Source of the DNA: a candidate division FCPU426 bacterium
GTDB lineage: Bacteria; Oederibacteriota; JAAXVQ01; JAUVAV01
Length of the DNA: 64,000 bases
Direction of reading: 5' to 3'
Assembly (NCBI GenBank): GCA_030637655.1
Contig: DAOWGI010000109.1
Span: 1-64,000 of the forward strand
Shown: one piece after another, positions 48,198 through 57,800 of the stretch
Layout: every line of letters starts with the position of its first letter
Numbering within the stretch: the first letter of the stretch is position 1
Translations under genes and position numbers: made by a program
Notes under the pieces: generated by a model
Told to the model about the DNA's origin: nothing
The model's input: the letters and a program-made list of their open reading frames with translations, nothing else
Database searches by the model: none

Positions 48198-49933
48198 AGC
48201 TTGTTTTCCCTAAGTACTCGTTGTATGGTCTGCCGCACAGGTATTGAGGGTTCGCGACGCAAATACCATTTCAACTGCTCGATAATTTGGACGTCCGCGA
48301 TACTGCCCAACGCGATAATAGCCTCAGAACGTATATCCTCTTTGCGGGTTTCCAGACTATTCCAGAGTATGACTTGAAAATCACGAAATCCTGCTCTTAC
48401 CAGACTGGCAGCACACAAAATCCGCACCTGCGGATCCGGATCATCATTGGCCGTGTCTGCCAAAATCCGATAGCTCGTATCATCCGGGATATTTTCCAGA
48501 CCCAGGATAGCGTACCGGCGTATGTGCGGATACCCATGTTCCAACGCTGTTACCAGCGGAATACGAGCACGTGGGTCGCCTTTTACACCCAGCATTAAGG
48601 CAGCGGTAAAGGATTTAGTGAATTTGGTGGATCTCAGATCCAAAGCAATCTCAGCTTGCATCTTTTCATCACTAATGGCGCCTACTGCCAAAGCATAGGT
48701 CAAGCGTGATAACAGCTCCAGATCCGTACGCTGTAATTCCTGCCACAATACCTCCGCGCCCCGTGTGTTCCCAATACTAATCAAAGCTCTGGCTGCAGCT
48801 ACTTGTGCTTCCGAGGTTTCATCCCCATCCGTAATAATTTCCAGGAGCCTGGGTTCTGCCGCCTTTACCTTGAGTTCGCCCAAGGCTATGGCTGCTGAAG
48901 CACGGACCAGACTGGCTGGATGATCAAGTTTGCCCATGAGCTGCGTCGCCGCAGACGTGGCTTTCAATTGACTTAAGGTGTAGGTCGCCCAGTGTAAGGT
49001 GGTCGGGTCATCCTTATTAAAAATCTCCAAAACCACAGGAATACTGCTATCATCCGGGATTTCCACCATCGCGTACAGACACGCCATCCGGATACGCGGA
49101 TCTTTGCTCCGGCGTAATAAGGTGTGAATTTTAGGCAAAGCAGAAAAGGACTGAATTTGAGCGATCGCGTACATGCAGTGCAGCGCCAGATTAGTATTAC
49201 GCTGTTCCATACCATGCAGTAATAATTCTATGGGTTTTACATGCCCAATGTTGGCAAAAGCATCTGCCAGATGAATCTTCAGCCTACGATTGGCTTTATC
49301 CCACATTTCCATTAAAAACGGCAAGCTTGCCGAACGGCCAAGGATGGCTAAAATAACCACGGCTGTCTCGCGTACTTTTCTATTCCGATGAAGCAAAAAG
49401 GGATGCAGCTTATCCTCAAAGCCAGGCAATGGTTCCAGGCGATAAACCATTTCACGCAGCGACTCCATTATTAATAAAACCAGTTCCGTGTCTTTTACAT
49501 AGGTGTCCGCTGACGCAATTAAATAGTTGGCAATTATAGGCTCCCGCACCAAACCAGCCACATCCACAGCAGCCAGCCGGACTTTCCGTTTTTCAGCAGT
49601 CAATCCGGCAATAATGACCTCTCCGATGCGCGGATCATCCACCCCGGCTAACAGCCGTTGGGCTGCTCGTCGAACCGGCCTGGACTTGTCATGCAGCATG
49701 GTGCGAATTATCAAGCCGCGAGCATGCTGAGTGGCAATGCGCGCTAATTTTTCCAACACCAGCATGCGTTTGTATTCCAGTCCGCGCTTCAAATCGCGTT
49801 CCAGTTTTTCCATGGCAGTCATTTTTTTATTTGTCTTGGCAGCGCATGCTTGGGGAATGCTTCCTGCCTGAAACGTCAACAGACCGGCAACCATCAGTGG
49901 TATTAAAATTTTAATCATCAATTTACCTTTCAC
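48194..49933 (-). CDS. Exported HEAT/PBS-lyase-repeat protein
   Basis: N-terminal signal-like hydrophobic segment. Repeated 'VR.AA..AL' helical repeats. Confidence 0.8.
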   Translation of the reverse strand: MKGKLMIKILIPLMVAGLLTFQAGSIPQACAAKTNKKMTAMEKLERDLKRGLEYKRMLVLEKLARIATQHARGLIIRTMLHDKSRPVRRAAQRLLAGVDDPRIGEVIIAGLTAEKRKVRLAAVDVAGLVREPIIANYLIASADTYVKDTELVLLIMESLREMVYRLEPLPGFEDKLHPFLLHRNRKVRETAVVILAILGRSASLPFLMEMWDKANRRLKIHLADAFANIGHVKPIELLLHGMEQRNTNLALHCMYAIAQIQSFSALPKIHTLLRRSKDPRIRMACLYAMVEIPDDSSIPVVLEIFNKDDPTTLHWATYTLSQLKATSAATQLMGKLDHPASLVRASAAIALGELKVKAAEPRLLEIITDGDETSEAQVAAARALISIGNTRGAEVLWQELQRTDLELLSRLTYALAVGAISDEKMQAEIALDLRSTKFTKSFTAALMLGVKGDPRARIPLVTALEHGYPHIRRYAILGLENIPDDTSYRILADTANDDPDPQVRILCAASLVRAGFRDFQVILWNSLETRKEDIRSEAIIALGSIADVQIIEQLKWYLRREPSIPVRQTIQRVLRENKL

Positions 49934-49936
49934 GTC

Positions 49937-49964
49937 GTAGGGAACGGTCGCGACCGTTCCCTAC
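49937..49964. repeat. REP palindrome (empty form)
   Basis: GTAGGGAACGGTCGCGACCGTTCCCTAC, followed by ATCCATTCCGGTTGGG, which resembles the 3' half of the insert. Confidence 0.85.
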
Positions 49965-49983
49965 ATCCATTCCGGTTGGGAGA

Positions 49984-50538
49984 TCATTCACTACGAAAAA
50001 AACTCAAGGTTGTTTTACCATAACTCCGACTGCGAACCTGCACTAAATTGGCCCACGTTTCGGACACCGCGATTTTCTTAGCGTGCTGTAGCAGCAGAAT
50101 ACCTTTGGGCCGTAAAAGCAGGCCTAATTCTTGGTTTTTTCCCCACCGGTCTATCTCGGTTTGAGTATACGGCGGATCTAAAAATATAATATCATATTTT
50201 TCTTTTTTTAAACCCAATTGCCGTACTACCGACACGGCATCAGCAACAATCACTTGTGTGCGTAAATGTCGGTTATCAAATTTATCTACATTGTCTTGAA
50301 GGATTTTGGCCGGCTTACGATCCGCTTCTACAAAAACCACTTGTTGGGCTCCGCGACTCAAGGCTTCCAGACCAATACTTCCGGTACCGGCATACAGATC
50401 CAAAAAACGGGCTTCTTCCATGAGTGGCATCAAAATATTAAAAATGGATTCGCGAACACGACTCAGTGTGGGGCGACTTTCCTCACCCAAAGGTGTTTTG
50501 ATGGTTTGTCCTCGATATAGGCCGGAAATAATTCGCAT
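49984..50538 (-). CDS. rsmD: 16S rRNA m2G966 methyltransferase
   Basis: MRIISG, RPT..RVRESIFN, LDLYAGTGSIGLEALSRGA and DPPY motifs. Confidence 0.94.
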   Translation of the reverse strand: MRIISGLYRGQTIKTPLGEESRPTLSRVRESIFNILMPLMEEARFLDLYAGTGSIGLEALSRGAQQVVFVEADRKPAKILQDNVDKFDNRHLRTQVIVADAVSVVRQLGLKKEKYDIIFLDPPYTQTEIDRWGKNQELGLLLRPKGILLLQHAKKIAVSETWANLVQVRSRSYGKTTLSFFRSE

Positions 50539-50565
50539 AGGAGTGTTTGTATTGATCTTTCGTCG

Positions 50566-50949
50566 TTAGGCAGTAAAATGTTTTTTTATGCGTTGCCGCA
50601 ATTTCGCAGGTTCAAAAGGTTTCACAATATAATCATCTGCTTTTACCTTGTAACCCTGTTCGATCTCCCGTTTTTGACCAAACGCAGTAAGCATCACCAC
50701 TGGAATCCCGGAGGTTTCTTTATTTCCCTTGAGACGCCGGCAGATCTCATATCCGTCCAGTTTGGGTAACATAATGTCCAGTAAGATCAAGTCAGGATTG
50801 GCTGTGATTCCCAATTCCAGCCCCTGTTCGCCATCCACGGCTTTTAACAGATCATACTCATCCGAACTGAGCGTCAATTCAATCAATTCCATAATTTCCG
50901 GCTCATCTTCCACGATGAGTATTTTATACTTCTTTTCATTGTCCCCCAT
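50566..50949 (-). CDS. Single-domain response regulator
   Basis: ILIVEDE, LLDIMLP, MLTA and KPF motifs. ATG at 50949 after AGGAG. Confidence 0.9.
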   Translation of the reverse strand: MGDNEKKYKILIVEDEPEIMELIELTLSSDEYDLLKAVDGEQGLELGITANPDLILLDIMLPKLDGYEICRRLKGNKETSGIPVVMLTAFGQKREIEQGYKVKADDYIVKPFEPAKLRQRIKKHFTA

Positions 50950-50959
50950 AGACACTCCT

Positions 50960-51313
50960 TTAGTTCATACCGCAATTATTATATGGAATGAAAGGACAAC
51001 TGGCAAGCCATTTCTTGGCGGCACATTTTTTTGGCAGATTGAGTAACCCTGCCGGCACATTCAAAGCTTCACAGAAATTCCGGGAAATTCCAGGCGTCCT
51101 TGTGCCGTCCCGGGCATTTCCGGCAGCTGTTCCCACCGGGATAAGTGTTAATGCTACCCCGGCGTTATTGGCCAATAGCAGATCACTAAGATATATTAAT
51201 TTGGAAACATCGTCCTCACAAGTATATACTGCCGTAATGACAGTATTTTGTTTTACCGGAATCAGTGTTCCGGTTTTGACCTCCACCTGATATCCGCATA
51301 AATTAAACAACAA
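50960..51313 (-). CDS. CheC/CheX-like hypothetical protein, possibly degraded
   Basis: 'DLLLANNAGVALTLIP...RNFCEALNV.AGLLN' resembles the E..N phosphatase-like helix. Poor start site. Confidence 0.45.
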   Translation of the reverse strand: MLFNLCGYQVEVKTGTLIPVKQNTVITAVYTCEDDVSKLIYLSDLLLANNAGVALTLIPVGTAAGNARDGTRTPGISRNFCEALNVPAGLLNLPKKCAAKKWLASCPFIPYNNCGMN

Positions 51314-51340
51314 CCGGTAACACTGTATCCGGAAGTGATA

Positions 51341-51841
51341 TCATTGTTTTTGACCTCCACTTTCACCTCTTTGCAACACGACCAACAAAACATTCACCGT
51401 GCCCCACAGTGAATTACTGACCGCAGTAGCCAACGGTTCCTTAAAATGGACCATTCCATCGAAAAAGAAGGGCAAGCCGATCTGAGGTGAAGAAACGCGG
51501 TCAGCGACCAGGCGTTTTATACTTCCTGCGAGGATATTTGCCATTTCGCCTATCGCATCAGCCACATCCGCCGTGGTTACCGGTTCTGTATCCGCCATAC
51601 CTAATAAACTTCGGGAAAGCGCCTGACACCCCTCCGGATCACTGAGTATCCCGATTTCCATCTTCGCTGTCTCACCATCCCCCACTAAGGGGATGTAAGC
51701 TCCAATCTTCTTTAACGGCACTTCAGTCAAGCGGCCTATGACTTCGAATTTTTCATAGCCCAGCGCTGTGGTTACCAGCTCCTGCGCGGACGTTTCCGCT
51801 GCTTCCAGCCACTCTCTCATTGACATCTGCGCGCCGCTCAT
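51341..51841 (-). CDS. cheX: Chemotaxis phosphatase CheX family
   Basis: DVADAIGEMANILAGSIK and IGLP motifs. Confidence 0.85.
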   Translation of the reverse strand: MSGAQMSMREWLEAAETSAQELVTTALGYEKFEVIGRLTEVPLKKIGAYIPLVGDGETAKMEIGILSDPEGCQALSRSLLGMADTEPVTTADVADAIGEMANILAGSIKRLVADRVSSPQIGLPFFFDGMVHFKEPLATAVSNSLWGTVNVLLVVLQRGESGGQKQ

Positions 51842-52200
51842 GACAGAACTCCGGAAAGGGCTTGCTGAAAAGTTCCCACTGTGAATGGTTTGGAAATAAA
51901 GAACAGGGCCCCGGCTTCTATGGCTCTTTTTCTCATCTCCGGGGTTCCTTCAGAGGTCACAAATCCAAACTTTATTGGGGAGCTGTTTTTTTTCATTTCT
52001 TCAATTAATTCCATGCCGGACATCTCCGGCATATTCCAGTCTATAAGCACAATATCCGGGGACGATTGCAGAATGATGTTTAAGGCCTCTCTCCCGGTAG
52101 CGGCCTCTTCCGTAACGAAATCATCATATCCGGCCTGGCGCAAAGTACGTTTGACGATCATGCGCATAGCCTTGCTGTCATCGACAATCAATATCTTCAT
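51838..52200 (-). CDS. cheY: CheY-like response regulator
   Basis: ILIVDDS.AMR.IV, DWNMPEMSG, VTSE and KPF motifs. Confidence 0.85.
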   Translation of the reverse strand: MKILIVDDSKAMRMIVKRTLRQAGYDDFVTEEAATGREALNIILQSSPDIVLIDWNMPEMSGMELIEEMKKNSSPIKFGFVTSEGTPEMRKRAIEAGALFFISKPFTVGTFQQALSGVLS

Positions 52201-52366
52201 GTCCTCACTCCTCTTTATTGTATTTTGATAATTTACCCTGCAGCAAACTGCAGGGAATAATCCGGTTTAATTTCCAACTTTGCGCACCCTGCGCCTCGGC
52301 GGTGAAAACGTCCTGAAATCACAGGTTTAAAAACTATGAATATTGTCGGCTAATCATCCGAAAAAT

Positions 52367-52566
52367 TTAATTTTTTATCTCCTGACTCCTAAATTCCGAC
52401 TGCCGAAATTTACTTTTGAATTCCCGGATGCGCTTGCTTAAGCGCGCCCTGATTAGTTCTTGCTTACCGCTATGCAATGCAGGTTAATGCCGGTGATGGA
52501 CTTCACAAACGATGCAATCTCGCTAAGCTGCTTATCGGAAAGATCGTCGCTATCATTCCTGGACAT
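52367..52566 (-). pseudogene. cheR: Frameshifted and truncated cheR methyltransferase
   Basis: MSRNDSDDLSDKQLSEIASFVKSITGINLH, then after a 5-bp TGCAT duplication SGKQELIRARLSKRIREF (CheR N-terminal domain). The catalytic domain is absent. Confidence 0.8.
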
Positions 52567-52581
52567 AGACTTCACCCGACT

Positions 52582-53169
52582 TCATCCCCCGCATCCATCC
52601 TTCTCCTGAATATTTTCTTCTTTAGTATTTTCCGGCATCGTCTCAGCCAAGGACGAATCATTACTATGACTCTCGGGAAGCGATCCTAAAGAGTTGATTT
52701 CCTCGCTGGTTAATACCTTTTGAATATCCAGGAGGATAGTCACCCTTTTTTCTGATTTTCCCAGGCCCAGGATGAAGTCGGTATTAAGTGAAACCCCGAA
52801 TGACGGTGTTTTTTCTATCTCCAGTGCGGGAAAATTCACTACCTCGGAAACCTTATCAATGATTACGCCCATCTCAAGGTTTCCTAAATCGACTACAATA
52901 ATACAGGTCCGGTCCCCTTGGTCTGACTCCGGCATGCCAAATCTGAGACGCAAGTCAATTATAGGAATAACTTTGCCGCGCAGATTGATAACGCCTTTTA
53001 CGAAATCAGGCAGGCGGGGTATGGGAGTAATTTCCATCTTTTGTATGATTCCCTGCACCTTGAGAATCTCGATCCCATATTCCTCCCCGCTCATGCTAAA
53101 TGTCAGGTACAGGCCTCCGAGGTGGCTTTCCTGTGTTTCAATTGCCGAAACTGTTGATACCTGGTTCAT
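52582..53169 (-). CDS. cheW: Chemotaxis coupling protein CheW
   Basis: YLTF..EEYGIEILKV and FVKGVINLRGKVIPIIDLRLRF motifs. Confidence 0.95.
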   Translation of the reverse strand: MNQVSTVSAIETQESHLGGLYLTFSMSGEEYGIEILKVQGIIQKMEITPIPRLPDFVKGVINLRGKVIPIIDLRLRFGMPESDQGDRTCIIVVDLGNLEMGVIIDKVSEVVNFPALEIEKTPSFGVSLNTDFILGLGKSEKRVTILLDIQKVLTSEEINSLGSLPESHSNDSSLAETMPENTKEENIQEKDGCGG

Positions 53170-53386
53170 GGTCGACTCCTCTCTTTATGTTTTTTTCGCT
53201 TACTGTGTGTGTTAGCCACAGCTCATCTTCAGGATTGGTCTAATAAACAAACATCTCTTCATGGTCATTGATGCCGTCATCATCGCTATCCCTGGATTTT
53301 AATATGCCGTCACCGGAGGGTTAATAAAAGCTTTAAACAGTTGGTGGATATGCGGTGGCCGGCACCTGATATACCACAGGAAATAT

Positions 53387-54397
53387 TTAATGGGTAATCG
53401 CTGTTTTCCACAGCCTCCGTATGACAATCAAATAAATTTTTACTGTGCCGATTTCAACCAGCGCGCAAGCGGATTCCTGATTTTTGGTTAATTCGATATT
53501 CCCCTCAATAAAATTCGGCATACCAGTCCAAAGAACCGGTCGGCGGTCTATAATCCGGCGTTTGACTATTCCACATAAGATATTCAAAACTTCTCCCACA
53601 GCATCGACCATATCTTCCTTTGTGAGTTCATTATCTCCCGGTTCGAGTCCTAAAAAAGACCGCGCCAGTTCCTGCATCCCTTGCTGATTTGAGAGTATTC
53701 CGATCAAAACCGCATCTCCTTCACCCACCAGCGGAATATACGTCCCCAAGACATCGTCCTGCGGAAAATGAGGCTCTTTAGTCTTAACCGCATAATCATC
53801 TATTCCCAAAATCGTCTGAGACAACTCAAAGGTCGCGTCCGACATTTCATTGAGCCAATCCTGCGCGGTCATTTTAGCATCCACGTCGCAACCCTGGGGC
53901 TCGTCTTGCTGGAAACCTTCCGATTGTGACCGGATGATAATCAAATGAATTTTCACCTCACCGATTTCAACCAGTGAGCAAGAGAACTCCTGATTTTTTC
54001 TTAATTCAAAATATCCCTCAACAAAAACCGGCAACCCACTCTTAAGAATCGGGTTATGCTCAACCATTTGCCGTTTGACTATTCCACATAAGATATTCAA
54101 AATCTCTTTAATCGCATCAACTATATCTTCCTTTGACAGTTCTTCCGCGCCGGGCTCAAGCCCCAGAAAAGACTGCGCCAGTTCTTTCATCCCTTGCTGA
54201 TTCGAGAGTACGCCGATCAAAACCGCATCCTTTTCACCCACCAGCGGAATATACGCCCCCAAGACATCGTCCTTCGGAAAATCAGGCTCTTTAGTCTTGA
54301 CCGTATAATCATCTGTGCCCAAAATCGTCTGAGACAACACAAAGGTCGCGTCCGACATTTCATTGAGCCAATCCTGTTTACTTATTCTGGTATGCAT
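53387..54397 (-). CDS. Tandem-duplicated CheX-like protein
   Basis: Two near-identical ~170-aa halves, with DAIKEILNILCG and DAVGEVLNILCG respectively. Confidence 0.85.
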   Translation of the reverse strand: MHTRISKQDWLNEMSDATFVLSQTILGTDDYTVKTKEPDFPKDDVLGAYIPLVGEKDAVLIGVLSNQQGMKELAQSFLGLEPGAEELSKEDIVDAIKEILNILCGIVKRQMVEHNPILKSGLPVFVEGYFELRKNQEFSCSLVEIGEVKIHLIIIRSQSEGFQQDEPQGCDVDAKMTAQDWLNEMSDATFELSQTILGIDDYAVKTKEPHFPQDDVLGTYIPLVGEGDAVLIGILSNQQGMQELARSFLGLEPGDNELTKEDMVDAVGEVLNILCGIVKRRIIDRRPVLWTGMPNFIEGNIELTKNQESACALVEIGTVKIYLIVIRRLWKTAITH

Positions 54398-54767
54398 ATT
54401 ATTAATCTCCTGCCCCGGACCAACCTAAACTGAATCCTACCGCCTCTGCGCGCCGACAAACGCAGATAAATTAATTTTGTGCTGCTAAGCAGTCAGTAAT
54501 AAATCATCCCCGCACTGAAGTGCGGAGTATTAAGGTAGAGGGGATCCGGTAATATACCAGCCGTTCTCCATTATTATCGGAGCCTAAACTTTAATATTTA
54601 ATTTTTCATTAATATTTCGGAGCCGTTCAAGGCTTATTTTTGGAAAGCCCTGATTATTTCCCTGGTATCCGTTCCAAAGACAAAATCGTTTGCGCCGCGC
54701 CGATTTCGGCAGCAGCGCACCGGCTCAATTATTTTAACAATATCAAAATACGTAAGGGTGACCGGCA

Positions 54768-54795
54768 GTAGGGGCGCGATTAATCGCGCCCCTAC
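54768..54795. repeat. REP palindrome
   Basis: GTAGGGGCGCGATTAATCGCGCCCCTAC. Confidence 0.85.
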
Positions 54796-54807
54796 TGTAA
54801 AAGGAAA

Positions 54808-57800
54808 TTACGCCGCCCTGAAAGGCGATCTACGCATACGTTTGCGAAAGATATTATCAATAAGATCATCATTCATGCGAAATGGTAATGGTAACCAGAG
54901 ATCATACAAAACCTTGATATTTCTCCCATGTTGCAGCCATTCCGTTGGCAGCACCAATACTTGCGCTCGAGAGCCGCCCAATGGTTCTCCGACTTCGTTC
55001 CCATAGCCTGCCGCCATGACATCAATAGGCAGCATGAGTTTCAATAATTCCGAGAAGTACAGCCACTCGGTTGTTTGCCGTCCGGCATCATCCATAGCAG
55101 TAATGTAATCTTTTACCACCTGACCAAAGGCAATTCTGGTTTCCTTATTCGCATTCCCGGACATTTCAAAATAGGCTCTGCCAACCGATGATTTCTCATC
55201 TTGTAAAGCAATGGCCAATTGCGAAGCTTGTGCTAATTCCGGAGCGCGTTGGGCCAGCTCTGTTTGCAGCTGAGTGAGATATAATTGCGGATTTATACGT
55301 TGTACCAGACCTTGCAAGATACGCTGGATTATTAACGGTTGAATCTGACTGAAACGCCGGAACATGGCAGCTAAAGGACGAATGATTCCATGCGCCCGGG
55401 CAGCCGGCTTGCGCGGCTCCGGTTCTTCCTCAACTATTTTTGTTTTTTTACTGCCTGCTGCCAAAAACGGTTTTTGCCCCTTATCCCGCACAGTGCTTAC
55501 GCGATAAGTCACTTCAGCTGTGTAGTTCTTTTGAGTAATCGGTTTCAAACCGCGCGGATTTTTATATTCATTTAATCCATCCGGCGGCGAAGAGACCGGC
55601 TCAATAGCCAGGAATTTATTTTTCAGCAGGTCCCATATCACCACAAACGTGAGGGAACGGCTTTGCTCCACTTCTATTAATGTGCCGTCCGTTTCATTAT
55701 ATAAACGTGAAGTAGCCATACCCCGCTGATCATAATCCAGATCTTCCAACACTGCATGCCGGTCCGTGTCAGAAGGCTGTAAGTCTCTAAGGTCCAAATC
55801 CGTACCTGCCACTTCCCGGCGTGGATCTTTGGTCGGAATCATGTCCTTCATAACCACTTCTTTTTTTGCCGACGTGCTGATAAACCATTTACCCACACCG
55901 CGTTTGAACCAGGGATGGCTGCCAGTAGTAGCAATAGAACTGTTGCGCAGCTTAATCTTGCTTTTTAATTCATTGCCCTGCAGTGTATAAGAAACTGCGA
56001 TCTTGCCTTTACGTCCAAAACGGCTGGATATTTCCGGATGATCCCTGTTGGCAAAAGAGGTGCGAATGGAAATCCCGTTTTTATCAAACTTTATTTTCTC
56101 CACAGTCCACGGCAATTTACGCACCATGCCGTGGTACACGACTTTGGCAGCGTCTTTTTTGGTGAGTCCCGCAGTAACCAGATCATCATCCGTTAAATCA
56201 ATTTCATGTTCTTTGCCCTTTTCATCCACATAGACAGCTTTATTTCCAGCCACGCGATCAATAAAAGGATACATGACTTCAATGCCGCCGGAAGCCTGTA
56301 CACTTTCAAAATACAGCATTTCCTGGCCCTTGACTTTCCAGGATATAATCTTGCCGGCACAACCAGGCACTATTTCAAAAGAATTACCGGTATTTACATC
56401 TGTGAATATATAAGTGTCATACCCATCACGGCTGGATTGTTGCACATTATATCGGTTGGCAATAGGATTGATAAATTCCTGCGCAAAAGTAATTATCGAG
56501 ATGACCAAAGCAGGCAAACGCCTTGTCCAGGGATGCTGCATGGCCAGTATAATCCTTCTGGCTTCCCGGCCTGGATCCGGTGTGCCTTTAGGCAATAAAG
56601 CAGGTACGGCCTGTGATTCTGGGATGAGCGGTTCTCCTGGCAGTTTTGCAGCAGGGGTTTCTACTACCGGCTCTTTTATAGGCGCTGGTTTTAGTTTTTC
56701 TGCTTTGCCGTCCCCAACACGAATTTCAAATCCCTCGGCCAGAATAATATCCGCCTGCTCTTCGCGTTGTGGAATCCAGACGTGATGTTCCAGAATATCG
56801 TTCATAAAACTCATGACCAAAGTATCAATACCTGGAAAAACCCTGTCAAAATCAGCTTTGGGATCAAGCAAACGTTCTACCCGAAGTTTCTCCTGATTTT
56901 TTTTGAATACCCGGATATTAATAGCAGCTTCTAGTGCCTCGCTAATGCTCTTGGAAAAAGAACCCACCAATGCAAGCAAACCATCATCTATTACAATTAT
57001 ACTATAATCATTGGATGGATCCAGAGCGTGCTGAATTACTTCCATCTGTATCTCAGCTTTCTTCTGGAATAAAACATCAGTATCGATCACCTTAATCTTG
57101 GACGCTGGAATGCCGGCAAATCCCCTGTTTAACATTTGACGCGACAAATAACTTTTTCCGCTGCCTATGCGTCCGGAAACCAGAATAACTGCCCGGCCTT
57201 TTTTCGATATTTTATTTTTGACCCGGTGCTCAAGTTCCTTTAATCCCTCCTTCATGGGCAGTTCTTCAGGCCGTCGGTGCATATCATTCCAATAGGGCCT
57301 AAAGATAAACCTTATGTCTATCAGGGGAGAATCTATTTCGAAGCTGTCTGCCGGCGAACGCAAGCCCAATAAGGTTTCCATTTTCCAAATAATTGCAACT
57401 AATTTTTCAAGTTCACCTGCTTGCAAAGCATAAATTCCCATGGAATGTCTCAAATTCTCTAACCGTTCTACAGCTTGAGATAATTTTTCTTGCATTCGCT
57501 TTGCCAGCAAACTCATTCTGATCTCTTCGCGTAATGCTCTTAGTTCAGCACTCATACCGGATTGACCGGATTGCATTTGCAGGTAATGACTCACTTCATG
57601 CGCTACCTTACCTAAACGGCGGTGTTGAGTCAAAACTTTGATGTTTTGAGGCAGTCCCAGCGCGTTGCTGGCCGGATCATAATAAGAGAGCGCGCCCAAA
57701 CCCAATAATAACCACCAGGGATTAGTACTAACCATCGTCAGCTTTATCTGTTCGATCTCAGACGGAATGTCATCTGTCGCTCCATATATCCACGGGAGCC

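Noticed and set aside
52236-54530. Hairpins CCCTGCAGcaaaCTGCAGGG (52236-52255) and CCGCACTgaAGTGCGG (~54510-54525) as IS200/IS605 ends
   Set aside because: There is no tnpA/tnpB nearby and the two hairpins differ, so they are too short to call a mobile element.
54660-54730. Possible c-di-GMP-I riboswitch upstream of the che genes (GCCGAAATCGGC...GCGCAAA on minus)
   Set aside because: It lacks the GGCAAAC lead-in and a convincing second stem, and cannot be supported without a covariance-model search.
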